Below the pieces are notes generated by a model that saw only the letters and a list, made by a program, of their open reading frames with translations, did no database searches and was not told where the DNA came from. A DNA stretch of 64,000 nt from Gemmatimonadota bacterium (GTDB taxonomy: Bacteria; Gemmatimonadota; Gemmatimonadetes; Gemmatimonadales; Gemmatimonadaceae), in assembly GCA_040389905.1 (NCBI GenBank), contig JAZJZK010000014.1:1-64000 (forward strand), read 5' to 3'. How positions within the stretch are numbered: position 1 is the first letter of the stretch; each line of letters begins with the position of its first letter. Made by a program: the position numbers and the translations under genes. Shown one piece after another: positions 46,403 through 56,733 of the stretch.

Positions 46403-48562
46403 TCACGACACGCGCGCCGGCGCCGATCCCGGTTCGGTGTTCACCATCACCTCGGCCGGCCGGTTTGCGTCTGGCGCCTCGTCGAGCATTGCCTTCTCGA
46501 CATCCTCCGCCGTGGCGGGAACAGGCAGTCGGCGAACGAGCGTGAGAATCGTGTAAACCGCAACCGGCTCGGCGTCCTGGTTCGTCACCTCGACGTCCCA
46601 GTGCACCACGCCTTGGGGAATCTGCCCTTCACGATCCTCCTTCAGCGTCTTCTGCTTGCAGGTGAGGCGGGCGCGAATGGTATCAGCGATGTACACCGGC
46701 TTGACGAAGCGAAGTGACTCCAGCCCGTAGTTGGCGAGCACCGGGCCCGGCGCGGGATCGACGAAGAGGCCCGCAGCAGCGGAGAGCACGAAGTACCCGT
46801 GCGCGACACGCTTCTCGAACAGCGATTCCCGCGCGGCGATGTCGTCCATGTGTGCGTAGAAGAAATCGCCAGAAATGCCCGCGAAGCTCACGAGATCGCT
46901 CTCGGTCACCGTTCGGCGGTGGGTCAGAAGCGTCTCCCCGATTTCGAGTTCGTCGAAGTATTTCCGGAAGGGATGCACCCGGTCCCGAAGCTCCGTTGCG
47001 CCCTTGCTCCACTCGCGCGTCACCGCGGACACGGTTTGCGGCGAACCCTGGATGGCCGTGCGCTGCATGTAATGAAGGACGCCGCGCACACCGCCCATCT
47101 CCTCGCCGCCACCCGCGCGCCCAGGGCCTCCGTGCACGAGGTGAGGCATCGGTGAGCCGTGTCCCGTGGACTCCTTTGCGCTGTGCCGATTGACGAGCAT
47201 GAGCCGCCCGTGGTAGGCTGCGGTACCCAACGCCATGCGTCGCGCGATGTCGTCGCGCGCTGTAAACACGGAACCGACGAGACTCCCCTTCCCCAGTCGC
47301 GCGAGCGCGATGGCTTCGTCGACCGACGCGTAGGGCATCACCGTGTTCACCGGACCAAATGCTTCGACGTCGTGCGGTTCGCGCCGGTCGAAGGGCTTGT
47401 CGTTGTAGAGCAGCATGGCAGGGTAGAACGCACCTTTCTCCGGATCGGCGCCGACGACGTCGAGCGTCCCCGGCCCTCCGAACACGAGTTCGGACGCGTC
47501 GCGTAGCATGGCGGCATTTTTTTCGACTTCCCGGACCTGGCCTTTCCCGGCCAACGGGCCCATTCGCACGCCATCCGCCAGTGGGTCTCCGACCTTCACA
47601 CCCGCGAGGCGCTTGCTCAATGCGGCGATGACGGCCTCCGTCATGCTCTCGTGCACGAACGTGCGACGAATGGCCGTACATTTCTGCCCTGCCTTGACCG
47701 TCATTTCCTTCGATACTTCCTTGATGAAGAGGTCGAACTCTTCAGTGCCCGGTGCGGCGTCCGGACCAAGCATCGAGTAGTTGAGGGAGTCCGCTTCCTG
47801 GTTGAAGCGCACGCTATTCGCCAGGATCGCCCGGCTCCCCTTGAGCATCAGGCCAGTGGACGCTGAGCCGGTAAAGGCCACCGAATCCTGCAGGTCGAGG
47901 TGATCGAGGAGATCGCCGGCACTGCCGCAGATGAGCTGGAAGGTGCCCTTGGGCAGCAACTGCGACTCGACCATCGCCTTTGCGACTGCTTCCGTGAGGT
48001 AACTCGTCACCGTCGCCGGCTTGACGATGCTCGGCACGCCAGCGAGAAACGATGTGGCGAGCTTTTCCAGCATTCCCCAGACGGGGAAGTTGAAGGCGTT
48101 GATCTGCACGGCGACGCCCTCCATCGGCACGCAGATATGCCGGCCGATGAACGTGCCGCCTTTGCTCAGCGCTTCCGGCCCCCCATCAACGAAGTACGTC
48201 TCATCGGGAAACTCCCGGCGTCCTCGGCTCGCGTACGCGAACAGCGTTCCGAACCCGCCGTCGATGTCGATCCACGAGTCACCCTTCGTTGCGCCGGTCC
48301 ATGCGGACACGCGATAGAACTCGTCTTTTCGCGCGGTGAGGTATTGCGCCAACGCCTTCAGCACGCGCGCGCGCTGGTGGAAGGTCATGGCGCGCACCGT
48401 TGGCCCACCGACGTTCCTGCCGAAGTCGAGCATCGCCTTGAAGTCGAGCCCCTCGCTCGAAGCGGTCGCCACTTCTGCGCCAGACACAGCGTGGTACAGC
48501 GGCGTCCCCGTGCCGGTGCCCTCGATCCATTCGCCCAGTGCGTAGTTCTTGAGGCGCGTCAT
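46403..48562 (-). CDS. paaZ: Bifunctional oxepin-CoA hydrolase/aldehyde dehydrogenase PaaZ
   Basis: INAFNFPVWGMLEK, FTGSA, EADSLN, KAGQKCTAIRR, EAFGPV; C-terminal MaoC domain (SGDFFYAHMD, AHGYF). Confidence 0.95.
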   Translation of the reverse strand: MTRLKNYALGEWIEGTGTGTPLYHAVSGAEVATASSEGLDFKAMLDFGRNVGGPTVRAMTFHQRARVLKALAQYLTARKDEFYRVSAWTGATKGDSWIDIDGGFGTLFAYASRGRREFPDETYFVDGGPEALSKGGTFIGRHICVPMEGVAVQINAFNFPVWGMLEKLATSFLAGVPSIVKPATVTSYLTEAVAKAMVESQLLPKGTFQLICGSAGDLLDHLDLQDSVAFTGSASTGLMLKGSRAILANSVRFNQEADSLNYSMLGPDAAPGTEEFDLFIKEVSKEMTVKAGQKCTAIRRTFVHESMTEAVIAALSKRLAGVKVGDPLADGVRMGPLAGKGQVREVEKNAAMLRDASELVFGGPGTLDVVGADPEKGAFYPAMLLYNDKPFDRREPHDVEAFGPVNTVMPYASVDEAIALARLGKGSLVGSVFTARDDIARRMALGTAAYHGRLMLVNRHSAKESTGHGSPMPHLVHGGPGRAGGGEEMGGVRGVLHYMQRTAIQGSPQTVSAVTREWSKGATELRDRVHPFRKYFDELEIGETLLTHRRTVTESDLVSFAGISGDFFYAHMDDIAARESLFEKRVAHGYFVLSAAAGLFVDPAPGPVLANYGLESLRFVKPVYIADTIRARLTCKQKTLKEDREGQIPQGVVHWDVEVTNQDAEPVAVYTILTLVRRLPVPATAEDVEKAMLDEAPDANRPAEVMVNTEPGSAPARVS

Positions 48563-49161
48563 GCTCTCGTTTCTCTCCAGGTCTTGTAGGCCACGCTCGC
48601 CGTTCCGCGCGAGCCAGCGGGCACTTCGCGCAACGGCTCGACGGCTCGCAGCGTCGCGTGCATCTGCGCGGGCAGCGCCTGATAGATCTCCGTGCCCTCC
48701 GTTTTCCAGTCGAGCATTTCGTCGCTCACATCCTTCACGATCTTCGCCGGGTTGCCGACCACGACTTTCCGCGGCGGGATCTGCATGCCGGCCGGCACGA
48801 AGGACAGTGCGCCGACGATGCACCCACCGCCCACGTGCGCATGGTCCATGATCACGGCGTTCATGCCGATCAGGGCATTCGCGCCGATCCGGGCACCATG
48901 CACGATGGCGCCATGGCCAATGTGCGCGGACGGTTCGAGGACAACGGTGAGGCCAGGGAACATGTGAATGGTGCAATTCTCCTGCACGTTGCAGCCGTCT
49001 TCGATCACGATGCCACCCCAATCCCCGCGGATTGCGGCACCGGGACCGATGTACACGTCGCGCCCAATGATGACATTGCCGGTGACAGTCGCATTCGGGT
49101 GGATGAACGCACTCTCATGAATCACCGGGATGAAGTCTTCGAATGCGAAGATGTTGTTCAC
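48559..49161 (-). CDS. paaY: Gamma-carbonic-anhydrase-like hexapeptide protein PaaY
   Basis: Hexapeptide repeats, [25 protein letters not shown]; lies inside the paa operon. Confidence 0.88.
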   Translation of the reverse strand: MNNIFAFEDFIPVIHESAFIHPNATVTGNVIIGRDVYIGPGAAIRGDWGGIVIEDGCNVQENCTIHMFPGLTVVLEPSAHIGHGAIVHGARIGANALIGMNAVIMDHAHVGGGCIVGALSFVPAGMQIPPRKVVVGNPAKIVKDVSDEMLDWKTEGTEIYQALPAQMHATLRAVEPLREVPAGSRGTASVAYKTWRETRA

Positions 49162-50369
49162 ACCCGCTCCAAGACGGTTGCCATTCCCTGCCCGACGCCG
49201 ATGCACATCGTCGCCAACGCGTAACGCTTCGACGTGCGTTTCAATTCGAGCGACGCCGTAAGGAGCAGGCGAGCGCCACTCATGCCAAGCGGATGGCCCA
49301 GCGCGATCGCGCCACCATTTGGATTGACGCGAGGGTCATCGTCGCGAAGGCCAAGCTCGCGCACACAGGCGAGCGACTGCGCAGCAAATGCTTCGTTCAG
49401 CTCGATCACATCAACGTCGGCCAGCGTGATGCCCGCGAGCTCCAGTGCTCGTCGCGAGGCCGGCACGGGGCCGATGCCCATGCAGCGAGGCTCCACTCCC
49501 GCAACGGCCGTCGACACGACACGGGTCAGGGGTTCGACGCCGATGTCTCGCGCGCCCTGCGCCGACGCGACGAGCAGGGCCGCCGCACCGTCATTGAGTC
49601 CGGACGAATTACCCGCCGTCACCGTGCCCTTTCCATCGGTGCGAAACACGCACTTCAATTTGGCCAATGTCTGCTCGGTCGTATCCGGGCGAATGAATTC
49701 GTCGGTATCGATGCGTCTGGCGTCGCCCTTCTTTTGCGGGATATCAAGCGGCGCGATCTCGACAGCGAATCGGCCGGCCGCGCGCGCTGCTGCAGCCTTC
49801 TGCTGTGACCGCGCCGCGAACGCATCCTGATCTGCGCGGCTCACGCCGTACTGCTCCGCGACGTTCTCGGCGGTCTGGCCCATCGAGTCCACACCATGGA
49901 GTTCGCGGAGCGCCGGATTGATGAAGCGCCATCCAAGGCTCGTGTCGAACATCTCGATGTCGCGCGCAAAAGGCTTGGTCGCCTTGCTCATCACGTACGG
50001 CGCGCGCGTCATGCTTTCGACGCCACCGGCGATGAAGAAGTCGCCCTCGCCGAGCCTGACGGCGCGCGATGCATTCGCGACGGCGCTCATGCCCGACGCG
50101 CACAACCGATTGACGGTCTCACCGGGGACGCTGACGGGAAGGCCAGCGAGCAGCACCGCCATGCGAGCGACGTTTCGGTTGTCTTCACCAGCCTGATTCG
50201 CGCAGCCGAGAATGACGTCCGTGATGCGCGATGCGTCGAGCGATGGATGCCGAGCGACCAGTGTGCGAATGACGTGCGCCGCCATGTCGTCGGCGCGAAC
50301 CTCACTCAGCTGGCCCCCGATGTTGCCCACCGCGGTGCGAACACCGTCGAGGATGAATGCGTCGCTCAT
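49158..50369 (-). CDS. paaJ: 3-oxoadipyl-CoA/3-oxo-5,6-dehydrosuberyl-CoA thiolase
   Basis: [49 protein letters not shown]. Confidence 0.92.
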   Translation of the reverse strand: MSDAFILDGVRTAVGNIGGQLSEVRADDMAAHVIRTLVARHPSLDASRITDVILGCANQAGEDNRNVARMAVLLAGLPVSVPGETVNRLCASGMSAVANASRAVRLGEGDFFIAGGVESMTRAPYVMSKATKPFARDIEMFDTSLGWRFINPALRELHGVDSMGQTAENVAEQYGVSRADQDAFAARSQQKAAAARAAGRFAVEIAPLDIPQKKGDARRIDTDEFIRPDTTEQTLAKLKCVFRTDGKGTVTAGNSSGLNDGAAALLVASAQGARDIGVEPLTRVVSTAVAGVEPRCMGIGPVPASRRALELAGITLADVDVIELNEAFAAQSLACVRELGLRDDDPRVNPNGGAIALGHPLGMSGARLLLTASLELKRTSKRYALATMCIGVGQGMATVLERV

Positions 50370-51553
50370 AGTGACAGGAGTGGAGTTCCCTCGCGCACGC
50401 ACCGGCGCAGGAGTGGGCTCGGCCGGTAACGATCCTCGCCATACTCGGCGTGCAGCGACACGAGTCGCGCGAGCACCGTCGCCGCACCAATCTCGTCACC
50501 CCACGCGAGCAGGCCTTTCGGGTAGTTGACACCTTTCGTCATTGCCAACTCGATATCGGCTGGCGATGCAACCCGAAGGTAGACGGCGTCCACGGCCTCG
50601 TTCACGAGCATGGCAAGTGTGCGATCGAGTATCGCTTGCCCTAACACGGTGTCTCGCGTGGGCTCAGGGCGCGTGGCGTTCTCGGCGTAGTCGTAGTAGC
50701 CACGTCCCTTTTTCCTCCCGAACAACCCTGCTTCGACGAGTCTCCGCTGCGTGAGCGCGGGGCGGTACCTGGGGTCCTGGAAGAATGACTCGAACACGCT
50801 CACCGTCACCGCAAAGTTCACGTCGTTGCCGATGAAGTCCATCAATTCGAATGGCCCCATGCGGAAGCCGCCGAACTCCTTCATCGCCCAATCGATCGTC
50901 GCGGCGTCAGCAATGTGCTCCTCGAGCTGCCGCAGGGACTCGCCGTAAAACGGCCTCGCGATTCTGTTGACGATAAAGCCGGGCGTGTCCGTCGCCATGA
51001 CCGGAACCTTATTCCAGCCAGCCACGAGTGAGCGACACCGTTCGGCGATTGGCGCGCTCGTGATGATCGACGGCACGATCTCGACGAGCGGCATGAGCGC
51101 TGCCGGGTTGAAAAAGTGGACGCCGGCCACGCGCTCCGGTCGCGCGCAGCCACCGCCGATCGCGGCGACCGACAGCGAGGAAGTATTGGTTGCAAGAATG
51201 CAGTCGTCGCGCACCACCTGCTCGAGTCCCGCAAAGAGTGCGCGCTTGACGGCGAGATCTTCGAGCACGGCCTCGATGACGAAATCGCACTCCGCGTAGG
51301 ACGCGTAGCTCGTCGCCAGCGATCCAGCATCCGCAATACGTGCGGTCACTGCGTCAGCGGCAGCAGAGTCAAGTCTCCCCTTCTCGACGTCGCGTGCGAT
51401 CGCGCGCGCGATGGTCGCGCGTGCATTCGCGACCGCAGTGTCGTTGGCGTCGCCGAGTATGACACGATGACCGTTCGCCGCCGCGACCTGTGCAATGCCG
51501 CTGCCCATCGCTCCCGCGCCGACGACGCCGATCACGAATCCTTTTCCCGCCAT
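50366..51553 (-). CDS. paaH: 3-hydroxyacyl-CoA dehydrogenase PaaH
   Basis: [45 protein letters not shown]. Confidence 0.9.
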   Translation of the reverse strand: MAGKGFVIGVVGAGAMGSGIAQVAAANGHRVILGDANDTAVANARATIARAIARDVEKGRLDSAAADAVTARIADAGSLATSYASYAECDFVIEAVLEDLAVKRALFAGLEQVVRDDCILATNTSSLSVAAIGGGCARPERVAGVHFFNPAALMPLVEIVPSIITSAPIAERCRSLVAGWNKVPVMATDTPGFIVNRIARPFYGESLRQLEEHIADAATIDWAMKEFGGFRMGPFELMDFIGNDVNFAVTVSVFESFFQDPRYRPALTQRRLVEAGLFGRKKGRGYYDYAENATRPEPTRDTVLGQAILDRTLAMLVNEAVDAVYLRVASPADIELAMTKGVNYPKGLLAWGDEIGAATVLARLVSLHAEYGEDRYRPSPLLRRCVREGTPLLSL

Positions 51554-52338
51554 CAGCGGCCCTCGAACGACGGCTTGCGCTTCTCGGTGAATGCGCGAAC
51601 GCCTTCGGCGTAGTCGCGCGTTCGTCCCGCCTCTCGTTGCAGTTCTTCCTCGAGGGCAAGGTGCGATTCGAGGTCGTTCGAGAGTCCGGCGTTGAAGGCG
51701 CGCTTGGTCAGACCAAGGCCGCGCGTCGGCATTGCGGCGAGACGCTTCGCAAGATCGAAGCTCACGTCGAGCAGCGCTTTGCCCGGATATACCTCGTAGA
51801 CCAGCCCCCACTCCTTCGCGCGCGCCGCATCGAGCTTCTCGCCGAGCATGGTGAGCGCGGCGGCACGTTGCAGCCCGACGATGCGAGGGAGGATGAAGGT
51901 ACCGCCGCTGTCGGGAATGAGCCCGATCCTGGCGAACGACTGAATGAAGGTCGCTTCCTCGGCGGCGAGCGTGATGTCGCAGGCGAAGGCGATGTTTGCA
52001 CCGGCGCCCGCTGCAACGCCATTCACGGCGCAGACGACTGGTTTCTCGAGCGTGCGAATCCCGCGGATGATCTGATTGTACTGCCACCGCACGACGTCGC
52101 CGAGATCCGGCATTGGTTTGCCGTCGATGGGGAGGACGGCCGCGAGGTCCTGTCCTGCGCAGAACGCCCGTCCGCTGCCGGTGATGAGAACGGCGCGTAT
52201 CGTGGCGTCGTCCTCCGCCTCGTGCAGTGCGGCAACGAGGGCGTCCGCCATCGGGCGGTTGAAACTGTTGAGTACGTCTGGCCGATTCAGCGTGATCGTG
52301 AGGACGCCGTCGGCGCGGCCGGTCAGGATGAGGTCCAT
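51553..52338 (-). CDS. paaG: 1,2-epoxyphenylacetyl-CoA isomerase PaaG (crotonase family)
   Basis: NRPDVLNSF, FCAGQDL, NGVAAGAGAN, IGLIPDSGGT; first gene of the paaGHJYZ run. Confidence 0.88.
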   Translation of the reverse strand: MDLILTGRADGVLTITLNRPDVLNSFNRPMADALVAALHEAEDDATIRAVLITGSGRAFCAGQDLAAVLPIDGKPMPDLGDVVRWQYNQIIRGIRTLEKPVVCAVNGVAAGAGANIAFACDITLAAEEATFIQSFARIGLIPDSGGTFILPRIVGLQRAAALTMLGEKLDAARAKEWGLVYEVYPGKALLDVSFDLAKRLAAMPTRGLGLTKRAFNAGLSNDLESHLALEEELQREAGRTRDYAEGVRAFTEKRKPSFEGR

Positions 52339-52455
52339 CGGGTGAATATAGTTGTCACACCCGGTGCGCGAAGTGAGCCGAAGGTCACCTGATCAGCTCC
52401 CCCTCGGGGTCGGCTTGGCTCCCATTCGCGATGCACCGGTGTCAGATTTGACGCG

Positions 52456-54594
52456 ATGTCACACACGCACGCCGCGCCATCCAAAGCTGCTCGAAAGCCC
52501 GCGCCGACGAAATTCGACCCTCGTTTCGACTGGCGCCGAATCGCGTACAACGTCCTCGTGTCGCGCGCGCTCGACGATCTCGAGGAAGCCACGAATCGAA
52601 ACCGCACGACGGTTCCGCGCGAGCATCTGGTTCTCTACCAGTTCTCTGCGCGCGGCCACGACGTCGGCCAGGCGATTCTTGGCTCTTTGCTGAACCATCG
52701 TCACGATGGCATCGGGGCGTACTACCGTTCACGTCCGCTGCTCCTTTCGATCGGCCTCTCAATCGAAGATGCGCTCGGAAGCCCGCTCGGCCGAGCTGGT
52801 GGGTTCAGCGACGGACGGGATATCGGCGTCGTCTGCAACATCCCCGGATGGAACGGCGCGACCGTGCTGCCAATGTCGGGCGACGTGGGTTCCCAGTACA
52901 CACCTGCCGCCGGGTGGGCGCAGTCCATTACCTACCGGGCCGGCACCCTTGACGAGAGCGAGTGGTCTGGCGCCATCGGTGTTGCACTCGGCGGCGACGC
53001 CAGCGTGGCGACGAATGGTTTCTGGTCCTCGCTCACGATTGCGACCACGTTGAAGCTTCCGATGTTGTTTTACATCGAGGACAACGGACTCGGCATCTCC
53101 GTGAAGGGAGAGATGCAGACGCCCAATGGCAACATCGCGGCGAATCTCTCGGCGTTCGGGAATCTGCTCGTGCGCACTGGCGACGGATGTGATCCGGCCG
53201 ACGCCGCCAGGTTGATGGCAGAGTGCGTCGATCATGTTCGCAGTGGCGCGGGTCCCGCACTGGTCCGCGTGACGGTACCGCGGCTGTGCAGCCATTCCGG
53301 GCCGGACAACCAGAAGGGGTATCGAACGGACGCCGAGATCGCCGATGATGCGGCTCGAGATCCGTTGCCACGGTTGCGCAGCTATCTGGTGCCGGACTTC
53401 ATGTCCGAGAGCAATTGGAGCGCGCTCGAGAGCGAGGTGGTGCGCGACGTCGAGACCGGGCTCCTGGCGGCGCGTGCGCGTCCCGTTCCGAATGCCGCCG
53501 ATGTAAAGCGATTCGTCTTTGCCGAGTCGGTGCGCGAGGGAGATGCGCCGACGTTCGGAGGACTCAGTGCGTTGGAGCGAAGCACCCTCGGTGGAACGGA
53601 TGTGCCGGCGGAGGGTGGCGACGTGATGCGATTGGCGGAAGCGGTTCGTCGCACGCTGGCCACGGAACTCGATGCCAACCCTAAGGTGCTTGTCTTCGGG
53701 GAAGACGTCGGCCGGAAGGGTGGCGTGCACCTCGTTACTGAAGGCCTGCAGAAGCGGTTCGGCGGTGATCGGGTCTTTGACACGAGCCTCTCCGAGGAAG
53801 GCATCATCGGCCGTGCGGTGGGAATGGCGGTGAATGGATTGATGCCCGTAGCCGAGATTCAATTCCGCAAGTACGCCGACCCCGCGCACGAACAACTCAA
53901 CAACTGCGGGACGATGCGCTGGCGCACCGCGAATCAGTTTGCGGCGCCAATTGTCGTGCGCATGCCTGGTGGATTCGGGAAGGATGTCGGGGACCCGTGG
54001 CACTCGCTTTCGTCGGAAGTAACGTGGGCGCATGCGTTGGGCTGGCAGGTCGCGATGCCGTCGAACTCTGCGGATGCCGTGGGACTGTTGCGCGCGGCGA
54101 TGCGCGGCGCGAATCCGACCATCTTCTTCGAGCATCGGTCGCTGTTGATGACGAGCGACGGAAGTGCGCGTTATCCGGGTGACGACTACGTCCTGCCCTT
54201 CGGACGCGCGAACCTGCTGCGCGCGGGGGACGGCGTGACCGTCGTGACATGGGGTGCGATGGTGCACCGTTGCGTGGATGCCGCCGCGCAATTCAGCGGA
54301 GACGTGGAGCTCATCGACCTCAGGACGATCGTCCCGTGGGATCGCGAGGCGGTGCTCGCCTCGGTACGCAAGACGGGCAAGTGCCTTATCGTGCATGAAG
54401 ACACCACGACAGCGGGCTTCGGTGCCGAGATTGCGGCGGTGCTGGCGCGTGAGGCGTTCTGGTTTCTCGATGCGCCGATCGAGCGGTTGACGGTGGAGGA
54501 TGTACCAATGCCGTATCATCAGGTGCTTTTGGAGGCGGTGCTCCCCGATGCTGGCCGGATTGCCGTGGCAATTCAGGAATTGCTGACTTCGTAA
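52456..54594 (+). CDS. Fused alpha/beta E1 subunit of a 2-oxoacid dehydrogenase (TPP-dependent)
   Basis: YYRSRP, GGDASVATNGF...EDNG (TPP motif), FGEDV..KGGV, DTSLSEEGI, AEIQF, PWHS, EHRSL, IDLRT. Confidence 0.9.
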   Translation: MSHTHAAPSKAARKPAPTKFDPRFDWRRIAYNVLVSRALDDLEEATNRNRTTVPREHLVLYQFSARGHDVGQAILGSLLNHRHDGIGAYYRSRPLLLSIGLSIEDALGSPLGRAGGFSDGRDIGVVCNIPGWNGATVLPMSGDVGSQYTPAAGWAQSITYRAGTLDESEWSGAIGVALGGDASVATNGFWSSLTIATTLKLPMLFYIEDNGLGISVKGEMQTPNGNIAANLSAFGNLLVRTGDGCDPADAARLMAECVDHVRSGAGPALVRVTVPRLCSHSGPDNQKGYRTDAEIADDAARDPLPRLRSYLVPDFMSESNWSALESEVVRDVETGLLAARARPVPNAADVKRFVFAESVREGDAPTFGGLSALERSTLGGTDVPAEGGDVMRLAEAVRRTLATELDANPKVLVFGEDVGRKGGVHLVTEGLQKRFGGDRVFDTSLSEEGIIGRAVGMAVNGLMPVAEIQFRKYADPAHEQLNNCGTMRWRTANQFAAPIVVRMPGGFGKDVGDPWHSLSSEVTWAHALGWQVAMPSNSADAVGLLRAAMRGANPTIFFEHRSLLMTSDGSARYPGDDYVLPFGRANLLRAGDGVTVVTWGAMVHRCVDAAAQFSGDVELIDLRTIVPWDREAVLASVRKTGKCLIVHEDTTTAGFGAEIAAVLAREAFWFLDAPIERLTVEDVPMPYHQVLLEAVLPDAGRIAVAIQELLTS

Positions 54595-54948
54595 CTGACG
54601 TACGAAGTACTCTGACCCGGTACCCGGACTGGCCCGACGCCAAAGAGAGCCATAGACGGCTCGGTCGCGCCACGACATCGCAGTTGTCCCCGATGTATCA
54701 CGGATCGGTTTGGCAATTCAAGGGCTGCTCTCGGCATAAACACCTTGACTGACGTACGAGGTACCCGGACTGGGTACCCGGACTGGCCCGACGCCAAGAA
54801 GAGCCATAGACGGCTTGTTTGCGCCACGACATTGCGGTTCGCTACGCTGCGTGACGAAGCGTTGTCGGAGTGCTGGATGGGTCGATGGCTCTCTTTGGGT
54901 TGGATACCAGTCAGGGTACCGGGTCAGAATACGTCGTACGTCTGTTAC
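54591..54948. repeat. Cluster of three copies of a ~65-90 bp repeat (two direct, one inverted)
   Basis: ACTGACGTACGA...GGTACCCGGACTGGCCCGACGCCAA..AGAGCCATAGACGGC at 54594 and 54748; inverted copy at 54881-54948. Confidence 0.88.
54689..54739 (+). pseudogene. Displaced duplicate of the last 16 codons of the E1 gene
   Basis: Translates PDVSRIGLAIQGLLSA* versus the E1 C-terminus PDAGRIAVAIQELLTS* (54544-54594); same length, same stop position. Confidence 0.75.
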
Positions 54949-54959
54949 CGGTTGTACGC

Positions 54960-54988
54960 TTGACTCGCGCATCAAGCGCCCATACTTT
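54960..54988 (+). promoter_or_regulatory. Putative sigma70 promoter for the MATE leader
   Basis: TTGACT-N17-TACTTT. Confidence 0.6.
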
Positions 54989-55014
54989 GCGAAAACCCCA
55001 ACAGAGAGTCTCTG

Positions 55015-55128
55015 GTGCGCCTCGTAGCCCTTGTCCTCACGTTCGATTGCACGCCGTCGGCCGACGCAAGTCAGGCGGGCATGGGCGTCGTCGTGAGCAC
55101 GAACCGCGCAGGCAGCGAACCGGGGTAG
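55015..55128 (+). CDS. Putative leader peptide (37 aa from GTG 55015, or 15 aa from ATG 55081)
   Basis: VRLVALVLTFDCTPSADASQAGMGVVVSTNRAGSEPG* lies between the promoter and the terminator. Confidence 0.35.
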   Translation: MRLVALVLTFDCTPSADASQAGMGVVVSTNRAGSEPG

Positions 55129-55160
55129 CGAGCTCTCGCACCCAGTTCCAGGAGCGAACC

Positions 55161-55205
55161 ATCGCCCCGCCTGCGCAGCCCCGCAGGCGGGGCGATCTCG
55201 TTTTT
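55161..55205 (+). terminator. Strong intrinsic terminator in the MATE 5' leader (attenuator candidate)
   Basis: Perfect 15-bp stem ATCGCCCCGCCTGCG/CGCAGGCGGGGCGAT, then CTCGTTTTT. Confidence 0.75.
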
Positions 55206-55256
55206 GGCATTGCGCCACCGCAATTCGGTGACGCCACACTCTCGTAAGGATCACAA

Positions 55257-56684
55257 ATGCATTCGAGTGTTCAGTCATTGGAAACTTCGTCCCCCGCGAC
55301 GCCATCGGTCTGGGCGGCGATTCGCGAAGCGCTCTCCGGCGCGCATGGACGCGATTTTACGGAAGGACCCATCGGCCGAGCGATCTTCATTCTCGCCGTG
55401 CCGATGGTGCTCGAGATGATCATGGAGAGCGTTTTCGCCGTCGTCGATGTGTTCGTCGTCGCGCACCTCGGCGCCGATGCGGTCGCGACGGTCGGCCTCA
55501 CCGAGTCGTTCATGACGCTGCTCTACGCGCTCGCGATGGGCGTGAGTATCGGTGCGGGCGCGATGATCTCGCGACGCATTGGCGAGAAAGATGCCGAGGG
55601 CGCCGCGCACACCGCGGCGCAGGTCCTTCTGTTCGGCTTTCTCGCGTCAATCATCATGGGAATTTTCTTCATCGCGTTTGCGCCGCAGCTCATGTCGGTC
55701 ATGGGCGCATCGCCAGGCGTGCTGAAGAACCTCGCGTTCACGCGAGTCATGCTGGGGTGCAACTTCAGCGTCGTGATGCTGTACCTGGTGAACGCCGTGT
55801 TCCGCAGCGCGGGGGACGCAGCCATCTCCATGCGCGTGTTGTGGCTCGCCAACGCAATCAACATTGCGCTCGGGCCAACGCTCGTGTTCGGATGGGGGCC
55901 GTTTCCGGAAATGGGCATCGTCGGCGCCGCGATCGCGACGACGATCGGACGAAGCATCGGAGCGCTGTACGCGATCAGCAAGCTGTTTCGTCCTGGTTCT
56001 CGCGTTCATGTGCGCCGGCCTCACTTCGCGTTCGATCCCGGCCTCATCCTGCGCGTCATCCGGTTGTCCGGCGCCGCGACGTTCCAGGTGTTCATCGGGA
56101 TGGCGAGCTGGATCGGACTCGTGCGGATTGTCGCGCAGTTCGGGAGTGCTGCGCTGGCCGGTTACACCATCGGGTTCCGGATCATCATCTTCGGGCTCCT
56201 GCCGTCCTTCGGCGTAGCGAATGCGGCCGCGACGATGGTGGGTCAGGCGTTGGGTGCGAAGAAACCAGAGCGTGCCGAGACGGCAGTGTGGACAGCGGCG
56301 GCGTACAGCGCGGCGTTCCTTGGGTTGGTGGGGGTGCTGTTCGTCGTATTCGCGGGGCCGATCGTCGATCTGTTCACGAGGGAAGCCGACGTCGCACGCT
56401 ACGGCGTTGGCACACTTCGCACGGTGGCCTGCGGGTTCCTGTTTTATGCCTACGGCATGGTGCTCACGCAGTCTTTCAACGGTGCAGGTGACACACGCAC
56501 GCCGACGGTGATCAACTTGATCGTCTTCTGGTTGCTCGAACTGCCATTGGCGTGGTTTGCGGCGGATTATCTCGGGTTCGGGCCACAGGGGGTGTTCGTC
56601 GTGATTACAGTGGCGTTTTCGTTGCTCGCGGTGGTGAGTGCGGTGATGTTCAAGCGAGGAAGTTGGAAAACACGCGTCGTCTGA
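55257..56684 (+). CDS. MATE family efflux transporter
   Basis: DFTEGPIGRAIFILAVPMVLEM, FRSAGDA, GIVGAAIAT, FNGAGDTRTP; ~12 TM; AAGGA RBS. Confidence 0.93.
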   Translation: MHSSVQSLETSSPATPSVWAAIREALSGAHGRDFTEGPIGRAIFILAVPMVLEMIMESVFAVVDVFVVAHLGADAVATVGLTESFMTLLYALAMGVSIGAGAMISRRIGEKDAEGAAHTAAQVLLFGFLASIIMGIFFIAFAPQLMSVMGASPGVLKNLAFTRVMLGCNFSVVMLYLVNAVFRSAGDAAISMRVLWLANAINIALGPTLVFGWGPFPEMGIVGAAIATTIGRSIGALYAISKLFRPGSRVHVRRPHFAFDPGLILRVIRLSGAATFQVFIGMASWIGLVRIVAQFGSAALAGYTIGFRIIIFGLLPSFGVANAAATMVGQALGAKKPERAETAVWTAAAYSAAFLGLVGVLFVVFAGPIVDLFTREADVARYGVGTLRTVACGFLFYAYGMVLTQSFNGAGDTRTPTVINLIVFWLLELPLAWFAADYLGFGPQGVFVVITVAFSLLAVVSAVMFKRGSWKTRVV

Positions 56685-56733
56685 TACCACCGACCGCCAT
56701 CATCTCGAGCTCCCAGCCCGGAGGACTCAACTT

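Noticed and set aside
54594..54948. Possible CRISPR array
   Set aside because: Only two direct copies of ~88 bp plus one inverted copy, no unique equal-length spacers and no cas genes.
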